A stretch of DNA of 64,000 bases from a virus (IMGVR_UViG_3300047159_000046), one strand, 5' to 3'; numbered from the stretch's first letter, positions 9,105-19,846 are shown. Translations and numbers: made by a program. The notes: a model not told the origin generated them from the sequence alone.

Positions 9105-11417
9105 ATGAGCAAAAACGACAATTTGACTTTCGATTTTGATTATATTCATGCGCTTTATAGCTATATCACAAGCGTAAAGGCTTATAGCGTACAGAAACAG
9201 GCTATGGATATTTACGGATTGAATGAAAAAAATCTTCAGGACAGCTACAATTTCATAAAAAAGGCACTTGGAACAATTTCCGTAGAAAACATTGCCGAGC
9301 AGAATAAGATTTTTATGTCGTTTGATGAAAAAAATCTGGAAACGATGCCAGCCTCTTTTCTTGATGCAGAAAACTATTACGCACTAAGTTTCGATATGCT
9401 CGATTTGATGATATTTTTGAAGATTATTTATGCAAAATACCACATCACCGATGTTGCAGAAATGACCGAACAGAAATTGAGATTCTTCAGACGTGTTGAA
9501 AATATGATTGTCAGAGATTCAAAACTCGATGCTGTTATGGCATATATGGATGCTCTGGGACGTTCGATAGTTGTCGTTTTTAAAGTAAAAGACGGAGAAA
9601 ATAAATTTGATTCTGCGATTAGGAATATCACTTATATTGCGAATCATATCGGAATAAGAAAAGCCATAAAACCAAGAAATCTTGGAAGTATAACATCTGT
9701 GAATGAAGTAGTTGCATCTTATGATGAAACGCCAGTATTCTTTGATTCAAGCTATATGACGAAAGTGGATGGAGCAATAGATAGCTATTTCGTTACAGAA
9801 TTAAACAAGATAAGTCCCAACTTTGCAGAAGAATGCAGATTAAACAGAAAAAAAGATTTAGCAACAAGCAGTATTGCATTTTTGATAGAGAAAGAGCCTC
9901 AATTCGACAGAGGAAAGTATCTGTATGATATGAATCCTGTAATTGGAGTGATATATATCCGTTATACCGAAACGGAGCCAGGATTGCGACACAAAGAAGG
10001 ATTTAAACAGATTGCATCATTGCTTGATGACGACAACGTTTCAAAGCAGAATAGCGATATTTATGACTTCTATGTTTACACGTCAGACCACCTGATGACT
10101 AACAGGGTAATTAACTGTTTGGCTAATGAAACGGACAAAGATAAATCGACTATTGATTGGTCCAAATTTGATACATTCAAACAGGATTTTTATGAATTTA
10201 AAAATCTATCTATCAATAACTTAAAAGACAATCAGATTATTGATGATACAATTATTTCCTGCAAATGGAATGATTGGTGCAGAAAAGCAAATGAGATAAT
10301 CAGACACGCCAAAGAATATCCTTATCAGCCAGAAAGTGAGGACTGTTCTATTCCTCAAACAGAATCGGATATTCTTAAAAGCGGGTTAAAACGTTTTGAA
10401 CAAGCCAAGAATGAGCAGTCAAATGAAAATGTTTCAGATGCTGATTTGATTGCCGAGGTTAATCCTCCTACTTTTGAACGTAATGGCATAAAATGTATTT
10501 ATCGTGATATGGATATCAATTCTGATATAAAGTTTGTTACCAACGAACAGATAAAGGATCTGGAAGATCAGTACGGAAAAGATGGCAACATATTTACGAT
10601 ATATAACCTTGACGGAACGGTAGAACCTTGCAATATGGCAAAATTCAAGGAGTTGATAGAAAATCATAAAGATTTCAAATCGACATCCGATTTTCCAATG
10701 ATTAACGTTTGCGGATATCGTAACGAAAGAAAAGAGTATGTATCAAGCAATTATCTATATCTGCATATCAGAGATATAGACGTAAATATGATTGAAACAT
10801 ATAAAAAGCAGTTAATGGCGATTGATACATTATGCCCATTGATGATATTCAAAAACAACAATGAGGAAAGCATGTCATTTATCTGCAACGTTTACGACAA
10901 GAGCAGAGATTACAAGCCACAGTTCGATTTTGTATACGATACGGCTGTTGAAGTGGTGAAAGACAGTACTATTTCTGTAAACAGTCGAGATGGCTATTGT
11001 ATGTTTGAATTACCACAGGACACAAACAATTATCTAAAACTCGTACATGAAAATACAGAAGTTGATGATGATTCCAACGATGAGGTAGAAGAGGATGATG
11101 ATTCGACAGAAGAGGAACCGAAAGTCGTATTATCGGATGATAAAGATATTGAAAAAGAAGAAAAAACGTCTGAAACCACAGAAGTCGTGAATAAATCACA
11201 AGAAGTGGAATCAGACGCTAAAAATATAGTTTCTAAAAATTCAGATAATTTAGAGAAAAGTAACGTTACGACAAATGTTTCTGAACCTAAGAAAAAGACA
11301 GTAAGGAAAAAATCACTTAGCCGAAAATCGGTCAGTGTAATTATTCCTAAAAAGACCAACATGAACGATGATGACGATGAGTCATGTGGTTTCACAGGAA
11401 ATTCACCTCCAAGATGA
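9105..11417 (+). CDS. Large early protein with a degenerate C-terminal BT4734/VirE-N (primase-like) domain and an acidic tail
   Basis: FPMINVCG..YLYLHIRDID..KKQL..LMIFKNNNEESMSFI resembles the BT4734-like motif; promoter TATATTTG near 9057. Confidence 0.5.
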   Translation: MSKNDNLTFDFDYIHALYSYITSVKAYSVQKQAMDIYGLNEKNLQDSYNFIKKALGTISVENIAEQNKIFMSFDEKNLETMPASFLDAENYYALSFDMLDLMIFLKIIYAKYHITDVAEMTEQKLRFFRRVENMIVRDSKLDAVMAYMDALGRSIVVVFKVKDGENKFDSAIRNITYIANHIGIRKAIKPRNLGSITSVNEVVASYDETPVFFDSSYMTKVDGAIDSYFVTELNKISPNFAEECRLNRKKDLATSSIAFLIEKEPQFDRGKYLYDMNPVIGVIYIRYTETEPGLRHKEGFKQIASLLDDDNVSKQNSDIYDFYVYTSDHLMTNRVINCLANETDKDKSTIDWSKFDTFKQDFYEFKNLSINNLKDNQIIDDTIISCKWNDWCRKANEIIRHAKEYPYQPESEDCSIPQTESDILKSGLKRFEQAKNEQSNENVSDADLIAEVNPPTFERNGIKCIYRDMDINSDIKFVTNEQIKDLEDQYGKDGNIFTIYNLDGTVEPCNMAKFKELIENHKDFKSTSDFPMINVCGYRNERKEYVSSNYLYLHIRDIDVNMIETYKKQLMAIDTLCPLMIFKNNNEESMSFICNVYDKSRDYKPQFDFVYDTAVEVVKDSTISVNSRDGYCMFELPQDTNNYLKLVHENTEVDDDSNDEVEEDDDSTEEEPKVVLSDDKDIEKEEKTSETTEVVNKSQEVESDAKNIVSKNSDNLEKSNVTTNVSEPKKKTVRKKSLSRKSVSVIIPKKTNMNDDDDESCGFTGNSPPR

Positions 11418-11420
11418 TTA

Positions 11421-11972
11421 TTATTCTCCGTTGAATTCGTTTTTATCAACAGAAGCTGCTGATATGGTTCTGAAAAATGGCTTATATCCATTCATGTTTT
11501 GGGTATTTGCAAAATTAACTCGGCCATCATTGAACACGGAAAAATATTCCATGTGATTGGTATCTGTTTGTATTCCGATATAATCACCCTTTTTGATATC
11601 GCATTTATTTCTATCAAGTTCATCCTGATAGATATTTACGGTCAATGTTCCTACCTTTTGATAGGTTCCCAGTGATTTATCCTGATTATAACTTTTCAAT
11701 TCAGCATCCTTTATTTCATAAAGACATTTCAATTCTACTGGAGCGAAGAATGATATGTTATTCTTACCGCTTTCGTGGTATATGTTATCCAGATTCGTTT
11801 TGGATAAATCAACGGAGAACAATACTATTTTTTGGTTTGTATCATGCGAGAAGTATTCTTCTCCTATGCTTTTTTCAAGCTGAAAATCGCCCTCCGAATA
11901 GAACAGTCCATTTCTTGTAATTGGAACATTTTTCTTTTTGGAGCTTATGTTGAAATTAAAATTGTTAATCAT
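11421..11972 (-). CDS. Neck/head-closure protein (T4 gp14-like)
   Basis: DNIYHES..FFAPVEL..DIKKGDYI..YFSV; late motif at 11986. Confidence 0.65.
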   Translation of the reverse strand: MINNFNFNISSKKKNVPITRNGLFYSEGDFQLEKSIGEEYFSHDTNQKIVLFSVDLSKTNLDNIYHESGKNNISFFAPVELKCLYEIKDAELKSYNQDKSLGTYQKVGTLTVNIYQDELDRNKCDIKKGDYIGIQTDTNHMEYFSVFNDGRVNFANTQNMNGYKPFFRTISAASVDKNEFNGE

Positions 11973-12046
11973 TGCTTTTTTTATGATAAATATTTTTGTT
12001 TTTCAATAAAATTCACTATTTTTGTTGATTAATAATTCAGTAAGCA

Positions 12047-14083
12047 ATGACATCTAATTTGTTAGGACAATCAAAGACTTTTGACGCTATTGACGCATTA
12101 AGGTCTTATGCTGGTTCGGACCCTTATATTTTATGGCTTAAAACACAGGTCATAGACAAAAAGGACTTGAAGCAACTTAACAAACTCACTATTGATTATA
12201 TAGTTAAGAACAAAACCACCAAGGATATTGTTCTTAACAAGGGAGTTGTGTTTGAACAATGGTTCGCCCAAAAGAAACAGGAACAATGGAATTGCGAATT
12301 TCTTCCTAACAGGTTCTTCATATCCAGAATAATAGGAGAAAGCGATAACGCATTCGGAGTATATGGGAAATACAGAGGGAGTCTGCCTAATGATATTTTT
12401 TGTCTTATTCCTAAAAATGCTTTGCTTACCAATATTGATTTGGATCGGGGACAAAATCTAAATATTGATTTTGATAAATATGATGCCATATCATCAAAAA
12501 AAGGAATATCTCTTATGCCTCATCAAAAAGAGGCAATAAGATTTCTTGTAAAAAAAAGAAAAGCCATACTGGCTGACGGATGCGGATTGGGAAAGACTCT
12601 TACAACCATTGTTTCATCACTTGAAGGTGGTTATAAGAAAATACTTATTATCTGTCCTGCATCAATCAAATCAACATGGAAACGGGAACTGTTGACTTAC
12701 GTTGATGAATCCGAAATTTCAATAGTGAATGGAAGAAACTGGAATGAAGCAAAGTTCACAATCATAAATTATGATATCCTTAAAAACTTTTATGAAATAG
12801 CAGAAGAGCCATCTTTCAAAAAGATAAAAGAACCCATGCCAGATGGAACCATAATTGAAAAGAAAATACAGGAATGGAAAGTAAAACCTGTATATGATGA
12901 ACATGGAATGATTGTTACGGAGGGAATCCCTAAAATGAAACAATCAAAAAACAAGGAATTGATAAGACAAGCTCTGGAAAATTCACAATTATATCAATCT
13001 AATTTTGATTTGGTTATCATTGATGAATGTCATAGACTTTCTAACAATACCAGCGGAATATTCAAGATAACTTCCGATTTGCTGAAACATCTTAAACCAG
13101 AAGGAATATTCGCCATAACAGGAACTCCCATGACAAACAGACCAATGAATCTGTATAATATTCTTAGACTGATAAATCATCCAATTGCAGATAACTGGGA
13201 AAATTATGTCAAAAGATATTGTGAGGGAACCAAATTTCCTTTAAAGGGTGAATGGCAAAAGTTTCTTACTCCATATCTTTATAGACATCATAAATCTGCA
13301 TATAATGAACTTTCTTTTGAGGAAAAAGCTGATTTTAAGGCATATTTTGAGAAGAACGGAAGATTTATATGGAAAACAAGCGGAGCATCAAATCTTGATG
13401 AACTGAGCGAAAAGATAAAAAGCTGCTATATCAGACGAATAAATACTGAAATTGCAGGTATGGTTAAAAAGGAAATTATAGTCAAGTCGTATGATTTATC
13501 AGCAAAACAGGAGGTTGACTATAATAAAGTATGGGACCAGTACGAAAAACAATGCAAAGAAAAGGGATTCAATGCCAATGAGGAATATCGTATGTTGACA
13601 GAGGGAGTCATGCTGAGAATGTACCTGTCAAAAGAAATGATTCAGCATACAATAGACTTGGCGGAAGAACATATAGAAAACGGATCCAAGGTTCTGCTTT
13701 TATGCAATTATAATGACGAGTTATATGAATTGCAAAAACATTTTGGAAAAATGGCTGTTATATATAATGGCAGCATGAACGCAAAGGATAAGGATAAATC
13801 CGAATATGAATTTATGCACAATGACAACATAAAAGTGTTTGTCGGCAACATAGAGGCATGCGGTGTGGGACTTACATTGACTGCTGGAAATATTGCCATA
13901 TTCAATTCTTTTAGTTGGGTTCCTGCTGATAATAACCAAGCCATGGACCGAGTATTCCGTATAACACAAAAAGAAGATGTCAAGATTTATTTCCAGATTT
14001 ACAACAATACAGCATCTTCTGATATGTGGGATAAAATAAATGATAAGACGAAAGTAATTGATAATGTGGTAGTTAGGAGCTAA
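12047..14083 (+). CDS. SNF2/SWI2-family helicase (HARP/SMARCAL1-like)
   Basis: ADGCGLGKT, IIDECH, ITGTP, GVGLTLT, QAMDRVFRITQ. Confidence 0.92.
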   Translation: MTSNLLGQSKTFDAIDALRSYAGSDPYILWLKTQVIDKKDLKQLNKLTIDYIVKNKTTKDIVLNKGVVFEQWFAQKKQEQWNCEFLPNRFFISRIIGESDNAFGVYGKYRGSLPNDIFCLIPKNALLTNIDLDRGQNLNIDFDKYDAISSKKGISLMPHQKEAIRFLVKKRKAILADGCGLGKTLTTIVSSLEGGYKKILIICPASIKSTWKRELLTYVDESEISIVNGRNWNEAKFTIINYDILKNFYEIAEEPSFKKIKEPMPDGTIIEKKIQEWKVKPVYDEHGMIVTEGIPKMKQSKNKELIRQALENSQLYQSNFDLVIIDECHRLSNNTSGIFKITSDLLKHLKPEGIFAITGTPMTNRPMNLYNILRLINHPIADNWENYVKRYCEGTKFPLKGEWQKFLTPYLYRHHKSAYNELSFEEKADFKAYFEKNGRFIWKTSGASNLDELSEKIKSCYIRRINTEIAGMVKKEIIVKSYDLSAKQEVDYNKVWDQYEKQCKEKGFNANEEYRMLTEGVMLRMYLSKEMIQHTIDLAEEHIENGSKVLLLCNYNDELYELQKHFGKMAVIYNGSMNAKDKDKSEYEFMHNDNIKVFVGNIEACGVGLTLTAGNIAIFNSFSWVPADNNQAMDRVFRITQKEDVKIYFQIYNNTASSDMWDKINDKTKVIDNVVVRS

Positions 14084-14201
14084 AAGAATCTTGTAAGTTT
14101 CTAAAGTTTTTACAAGAAAAATACAAGAACTCACAAGTGTTTTTCCTAAGTTTTTCATAAGTCTTTCATAAGATGGAATTTATAAACAAAACAAATATAA
14201 T

Positions 14202-14522
14202 ATGAAGTTTAATTTAAAAGATTGCTTTATCTGCGATTATTGTAGGAATATCTGCAAGAGTTCCTGTAACGATATTAAAGAGAAGATTATTTCAGGAAAA
14301 TATAAGGTCGGTAGCAAAGAATATAACGACAATTTGGATTTGACCACCGACAGAAAACAAATTATTCACTGTCTTGGAAAATTCTGCGATAAGCCTTGTA
14401 AATACAATAAAGAGGATGCGTATAAGGAAATACCTTATGAAGTTTTATTTAACAGCATAAAATTTCTGGGACAAAAATTGAATGACGAACTGTTGTATAA
14501 AAACAAAGAAAGTGACAAATAA
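14202..14522 (+). CDS. Cys-rich small protein, putative metal binding
   Basis: CFICDYCRNICKSSC and HCLGKFCDKPC. Confidence 0.6.
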   Translation: MKFNLKDCFICDYCRNICKSSCNDIKEKIISGKYKVGSKEYNDNLDLTTDRKQIIHCLGKFCDKPCKYNKEDAYKEIPYEVLFNSIKFLGQKLNDELLYKNKESDK

Positions 14523-14529
14523 ATGAAAC

Positions 14530-14566
14530 AAAAAACCTGATAGAGTAAATTTCTATCAGGTTTTTT
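14530..14566. terminator. Bidirectional intrinsic terminator
   Basis: AAAAAACCTGATAGA..TCTATCAGGTTTTTT between convergent genes. Confidence 0.8.
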
Positions 14567-14596
14567 GTTTTTAAAGATAAAGTCTATTTGGTTATT

Positions 14597-14842
14597 TTAT
14601 TCTTCATCGTCATCAAACAACTGATAATCCTCATTAAACCAACCAAGTATTTTCACTATTTGGTCTTCTGACAGATATTCAAATAGATCATCAATCATTT
14701 TTGATGCGCCCAAACTATCTTTTACTTCCTGCCATTTGTCTATAACATCGGAATCGGTAGTTCCCTCGTTTACCATTCTTCTCATAGAGTTGTTTATAGC
14801 TCTATTGATTACAGATTCTGAAATTCTACGTTGTCTTCTCAT
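14597..14842 (-). CDS. Putative internal head (cargo) protein with an Arg-rich leader
   Basis: MRRQRRISESVINRAINNSMRRMVNE-G; TATTTAT at 14877-14883. Confidence 0.7.
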   Translation of the reverse strand: MRRQRRISESVINRAINNSMRRMVNEGTTDSDVIDKWQEVKDSLGASKMIDDLFEYLSEDQIVKILGWFNEDYQLFDDDEE

Positions 14843-14957
14843 AATATAAAAAAGTTAAAATTAATTTTATTTCTAAATAAATAGCAACAAGATATTGTTT
14901 TTATCATTTTTTGTATGTATCTTTGTAACTGTAAAACATAAAACAACTATTACTATT

Positions 14958-15530
14958 ATGGCACAGGAAATTATCAAAACAGTCGTTGAAAACAAAGTAT
15001 CAGAATCAGATGCTTTAATCAACAAGATGAAGGAATATCTTCCAGAGTCTTTTTTCGAGAAGTATATAGACAATATCAAGCATGATTCATTTCTTATGAA
15101 TTCAGACACCAATCTGGCTCATGAAGGAGATTATGTACGATTTGTAAAAGCATTCACAAACAATGCGGTTCTATTGTTTAACTCCAATCCTAATTTTTCT
15201 AAATACATAGACATCAAGTCATTAGTAAGAATTTGTGTCCTGATGTTTATCGGGAATCTTGGCATGTTCCAATACGATCCGATTGGAGAAAGAAAAGGGC
15301 ATCCATACAAGTTCGCAGATAACAACAAGTTTGCCTTGTTCTTTGCAGATAGAACGATTGCAAGACTTATGGAAAATGGAGTTATCATGTGTGAGCGTGA
15401 TATAGAAATTATCAACTGTATCAAACGATTCAATGAAGGAGAAAAGATGACCACTTGTTTTGCATCCCCATCTTCAAGATTGATAAAGTTGGCATACGAT
15501 AAAACCATTTTGGAATTTATGATTAAGTAG
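14958..15530 (+). CDS. Hypothetical protein, possibly a degenerate HD-domain fold
   Basis: ORF follows a TATCTTTG promoter; AHEG...LVRICVL..IG pattern lacks the HD residues. Confidence 0.5.
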   Translation: MAQEIIKTVVENKVSESDALINKMKEYLPESFFEKYIDNIKHDSFLMNSDTNLAHEGDYVRFVKAFTNNAVLLFNSNPNFSKYIDIKSLVRICVLMFIGNLGMFQYDPIGERKGHPYKFADNNKFALFFADRTIARLMENGVIMCERDIEIINCIKRFNEGEKMTTCFASPSSRLIKLAYDKTILEFMIK

Positions 15531-15535
15531 CAAAA

Positions 15536-17280
15536 ACGTTCAAAAAAATCTAATAAACATTAGATTTTCGGCAAACCTTGAAGTTCGCTTGAACGATACG
15601 ATAACAGGGCATCCTTTACCTTGTCACGAGACATCGGTATAGGCTTGTATGCTCCGTTATCAAGTTTTTTTAAGAGCTTGGTCCGTAGCACGGCTACGGA
15701 TACTCTGTTCCTTATATTTATTGATGCATTGACATCGGCATTATGCTTATGACCGCACTCGACACATTCAAAGGTCTCCTGGTTCGGACGGTTCTCATCC
15801 TCTATGCATCCGCAAATCGGACACATCTTGGATGTATAGCAAGCATGAACCGTGGATATCGCAATGTCGTAATTCCTTGCAATATGCTCGAACTCCTGCT
15901 TCAACGAACTGATGCCAAGGAAATGAACAATATCATTGAAGTTGATGTCATTCAGATTCTTCTCTTTGACAAATGATTTTCCGAAGCCATTATCCAAGTC
16001 CTCCATCGCTATATGTCTTACTCCCTGATTCTGCAAATCTTTGCATACATTGGAAATAAGCTGCTGATTGGACTTGCGGATTTTGTTTCGCAATGTGTCA
16101 AGTTTCCGTTGGAATTTCTTTCCGACAACTGGAAGAGTGTCCGTATGACGTTTGAGTTTACAATAATCAGCAACAAGTTCCCTGTCATAGTCATAGGTTT
16201 TGCCGTTTGACAAACTGAACAGATTGTGCTTTATATTGACATCAATACCTACAACGTTTTCATTTTCAGTCACTTCTGGTATATATCTCGTCCCATCCTT
16301 GACTATGTTTATTCTGACCTGCTTGTGTCGTTCGTCAAAGCATAGGACATACTCATAATCGTTTGAACTTTTCTTGTAGTCACTCATCTTACCGTGGTAA
16401 TCCTTGCTGAACTTGACAGGTATGTCAAAGGTCTTTCTGTTCGGCATGCTCAACGAAATAAAGGCATTGATTACCGATTGGTAATTCTTGTTATAGCCAA
16501 CTATGTATTTCTTTCTTGAACGGCCACCAAAACTCAAAGACCTGAAAACTATCGGATGTTCCGCATATCGTTTCATCATCCTTTCCCTTTTTGACAATGC
16601 GAGTTTGAACAGCCTGTCAAATCCGAACTTGTCACATTTTTCTATAATGTTCCTATAGAAATCGACTTGCGATTGTTTCAAGTCGGTTCTTTCAAGCTGG
16701 CTGTTGATGTATTCAAGTATATTGTCCGTTCCATATCTGGCGAGATATGTCATGCAAGAGCACAATGGTGTTGTTCGGTGAACGATTACAGACTTCTTGA
16801 ATTCTCCTTTCTTATGGCCCTTGCAGTTTCTTTTATATACCTCAATACCCTTGTACTCAATATGTTCAAAGGTCAATTTTTTTTGCAGAGCCTTAAACTT
16901 GTTCTCGTACATATCAATCACCTGCCGATACATCTGCGTGTCAAAGTTACTGCTTATAACACCCTTGAAACGGGCATGCATCTCGGTCACAAAGTCAAAT
17001 GGCTTAGTATTGAGATACTTAAACAGATCCTTGCATACAAGTTCACTGATTCTGTTTTTCTCTTCGTTTATGGACACGGCAAGTCTGTACAACTCGTCAT
17101 ATTTTATGCGAGTCATATTGTCACTCATAAAAAACTTGCAGTATTTGCTTGCTATGTCCATATTAGTTACTTGCTTATTTTCTTTCTCCTGTTAGCACCA
17201 TCTATGATAAATAGTGCCACAAAGGTACGTATTTTTTATTATTTATTCCTATTTTTTTTAAATTTTCAGTTTACTGTCAC
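15536..17280 (-). mobile_element. IS607-family non-autonomous element, copy 1 (tnpA internally deleted)
   Basis: Right end ..TTTTGAAC|GT shared with copy 2; last tnpA codons (ANRRKKISK*) precede tnpB; putative left end GT|GACAGTAAACTG; sits between gene 14958-15530 and its terminator at 17308-17348. Confidence 0.7.
15560..17161 (-). CDS. tnpB: RNA-guided endonuclease TnpB (IS607 type, 533 aa)
   Basis: RuvC I VGIDVN, RuvC II IAMEDL, zinc finger CPICG..CVECG, RuvC III NADVNAS. Confidence 0.92.
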   Translation of the reverse strand: MDIASKYCKFFMSDNMTRIKYDELYRLAVSINEEKNRISELVCKDLFKYLNTKPFDFVTEMHARFKGVISSNFDTQMYRQVIDMYENKFKALQKKLTFEHIEYKGIEVYKRNCKGHKKGEFKKSVIVHRTTPLCSCMTYLARYGTDNILEYINSQLERTDLKQSQVDFYRNIIEKCDKFGFDRLFKLALSKRERMMKRYAEHPIVFRSLSFGGRSRKKYIVGYNKNYQSVINAFISLSMPNRKTFDIPVKFSKDYHGKMSDYKKSSNDYEYVLCFDERHKQVRINIVKDGTRYIPEVTENENVVGIDVNIKHNLFSLSNGKTYDYDRELVADYCKLKRHTDTLPVVGKKFQRKLDTLRNKIRKSNQQLISNVCKDLQNQGVRHIAMEDLDNGFGKSFVKEKNLNDINFNDIVHFLGISSLKQEFEHIARNYDIAISTVHACYTSKMCPICGCIEDENRPNQETFECVECGHKHNADVNASINIRNRVSVAVLRTKLLKKLDNGAYKPIPMSRDKVKDALLSYRSSELQGLPKI

Positions 17281-17307
17281 CACCCCTTAAAACCAATATA
17301 TATTATC

Positions 17308-17348
17308 CAGCGAGGACATGGCATATCAACCATGTTCCCGCTTTTTTT
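17308..17348 (+). terminator. Intrinsic terminator
   Basis: AGCGAGGACATGG..CCATGTTCCCGCT followed by a T run. Confidence 0.7.
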
Positions 17349-17430
17349 GTTGATAATATAAAATTAAGTAAATATTAAATTTATCTAAAAAATGATAAAT
17401 AAAATAGAATAATTATTATTTTTTAATAAA

Positions 17431-18279
17431 TTGATTAATATGTTATCAGCAAGCGATATATCAGGAGAACAAATTAAGGAGAACAAAACATTGGCTGTCG
17501 TAATAAACTCACGCAAAAATCAATCTGAATGTTTTGATGCAATACGATTGCTACAAATGACAGCGTTGTTCCCTATTCACGTTTATTTCTATAAGAACAA
17601 CGGAGTCTCTCTTACAAGTGTTTACAACGAAATACAAAAACAGATTACAGAAGAAAGAATATTGTTTATTCATGACGATGTTCAGATTCTGACTGTCGGA
17701 TGGGCAAAAGAATTGGATAGACTGTTCAATGATAATCCAGAATACGGAATCATAGGGGTTGCTGGAAGCAGGGATTTTGATTCAGACGGAGCATGGTGGA
17801 TATATAAGAACATTTATGGTCAAGTCGTTCATACAAAACAAATTAAAGATGAAAAAACAGGTCAACAAGGCACAACTGCTTTCATTACAAAATTCTCAGA
17901 AAAAATTGATAATGACTTGAATGAGGTTGCTGTTATTGACGGACTGTTCATGGCAATTGACAGAGCCAAAGCATCAACAAACTTTGATGAACACGTATCA
18001 GGATTCAATTTCTACGATATAGATTTTTGCCTGTCAAATTATACCACCAATACCACAAAAATAGGAGTTACTACCAAGATAAAAGTTCAGCATGGAGGAG
18101 TTGGAGTAATAAAACCAGAATGGTTTGAAAATAGAAATCTTGTTCTGTCAAAATACAAGGAATATCTTCCAATTTCAGACTTAAACAACTCTACACAACC
18201 AGAAAAAAAGGATATGGCGTTTTTCCATAACGAACACTTCCCTGTTCAGAACACAGAAACAAACACCGAAAATAAATAA
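17431..18279 (+). CDS. Glycosyltransferase, GT-A fold (GT2-like)
   Basis: SLTSVYN, LFIHDDV, IIGVAG, IDGLFMA, FNFYDIDFC. Confidence 0.85.
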   Translation: MINMLSASDISGEQIKENKTLAVVINSRKNQSECFDAIRLLQMTALFPIHVYFYKNNGVSLTSVYNEIQKQITEERILFIHDDVQILTVGWAKELDRLFNDNPEYGIIGVAGSRDFDSDGAWWIYKNIYGQVVHTKQIKDEKTGQQGTTAFITKFSEKIDNDLNEVAVIDGLFMAIDRAKASTNFDEHVSGFNFYDIDFCLSNYTTNTTKIGVTTKIKVQHGGVGVIKPEWFENRNLVLSKYKEYLPISDLNNSTQPEKKDMAFFHNEHFPVQNTETNTENK

Positions 18280-18286
18280 TATTATT

Positions 18287-19240
18287 ATGCTGATTATCAA
18301 AAGATTAATCTACAAAATAAATATATATATAAAGCTGTTTTTCTATGGTTTTAAGGCTGGAGATGTGCTGGTACATTCAAATTCAGACAAGTCTATTATC
18401 AACGGATTTAAAACATACCAAACAAAAGAACAGTCCAATGTCATAAGAGACCTGCTTAGAGGAATAATAACAGAGGAGGTTAAACATTTAAGATATTCAT
18501 TGTATAAGATATCACAGGCTGCTGATTTATATACAGTAGATAAATGTACGGCCGTAAAACATACCATTGAAGAAAAACCATGGCTTGATTACAGTAAGGG
18601 AATTATTCGTCAGCTGAATGTTCTTATTGATGATAAGGGTTATATGTTCGATGATAAACCAACATATTCAATCAATCTTAAATACAAAAATTTTCCAATG
18701 TTTGATTTTTCCCGATTGTTCAAGGAGGTTTATGTCGATTTGAACAAAAAAAACGGATTTGTTCTTATTACTACAGAACTTATTTCCAAAACTCCTGGAT
18801 TTTCGGCAGGAGAAAAAGGAGCATCAAGGGAATTGAACAAATGGATAACAGAATATAACAAAACCGTTAATGATAACCAGAAAACAACATTGATAAACAA
18901 CTGTCCGTTTTTAGGGAATCTGTTATCAATATGTTTTGAAACATACAAGGCTGATGGAAATGTTGATGGAGTATCTTATGAATTGTTTGATTTGAAATTC
19001 TCAAAGGTCGCTTTTAATATAACAACCAATGATGCCAAGTATTTCTCCAACAAAAACGAAAAGATGCCAAATATATGTATGGCTACATTCAGTTATGGTG
19101 ACATCGCTGTAAAGAATGACAGAATTGAGTATGTTGATGATATCATGGAAGAGAACTATAAGGAGCATAAACGGAGAGCCAATAGTATAGGCAGAGTTTA
19201 CAGCGATATTAATATGTTTGCAGATACAAATAAAAAATGA
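18287..19240 (+). CDS. Hypothetical protein
   Basis: 317-aa ORF within the GT operon. Confidence 0.7.
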   Translation: MLIIKRLIYKINIYIKLFFYGFKAGDVLVHSNSDKSIINGFKTYQTKEQSNVIRDLLRGIITEEVKHLRYSLYKISQAADLYTVDKCTAVKHTIEEKPWLDYSKGIIRQLNVLIDDKGYMFDDKPTYSINLKYKNFPMFDFSRLFKEVYVDLNKKNGFVLITTELISKTPGFSAGEKGASRELNKWITEYNKTVNDNQKTTLINNCPFLGNLLSICFETYKADGNVDGVSYELFDLKFSKVAFNITTNDAKYFSNKNEKMPNICMATFSYGDIAVKNDRIEYVDDIMEENYKEHKRRANSIGRVYSDINMFADTNKK

Positions 19241-19252
19241 AAAGATAAATAA

Positions 19253-19846
19253 ATGAATATAGCGATAGACATAAATACTTTAAGAAATCTTAACAAACAG
19301 ATTAATATCTGTTATGAAAAGGAAACAGGAAAACCTTTTGTGGATAATGAAGAACTTATCAAGCATGATTTGAAGAGGGAAATAAAATTTGATTCCGTAC
19401 AGGCAAGAAGCAAGTTTTATTTTGAAAATTATCCATTCGAGATTTTTGGGTGCGCTCCTTGTATGACAAATGAATGTCCGTTGGACTTTGAACAATGGGT
19501 TGAAGAATCCGAGAATTTCGACAAGGACACGATAAATATCATGCTTGTTTCTCCGTTTGAAAGCGGATTGTCAATCAAGGCAACAATGTTTTTTCTTTCT
19601 AAATGGTTCCCTTGCAGAGAAATGTATTTTCCAAAGCAATCAACACAAATATGGGACAGATGTGACGTTCTTGTAACATCAGACGAAAAGCTGTCAAAGA
19701 ACAAGCCTGATGGTAAAATTCTTATTTTAATAGAGAACGGGACAAATAAGGATTTGGAACAATATGCTGATTTGTCTTATGAAACAATAGATAATATGAT
19801 ATCTGATAATTTTGATTTTAATAAACTTTATAAAAAAATAAAATGA
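19253..19846 (+). CDS. HAD-fold 5'(3')-deoxyribonucleotidase-like protein (degenerate motif)
   Basis: MNIAIDINTLR N-terminus and CDVLVT, typical of phage NT5C-like proteins. Confidence 0.55.
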   Translation: MNIAIDINTLRNLNKQINICYEKETGKPFVDNEELIKHDLKREIKFDSVQARSKFYFENYPFEIFGCAPCMTNECPLDFEQWVEESENFDKDTINIMLVSPFESGLSIKATMFFLSKWFPCREMYFPKQSTQIWDRCDVLVTSDEKLSKNKPDGKILILIENGTNKDLEQYADLSYETIDNMISDNFDFNKLYKKIK

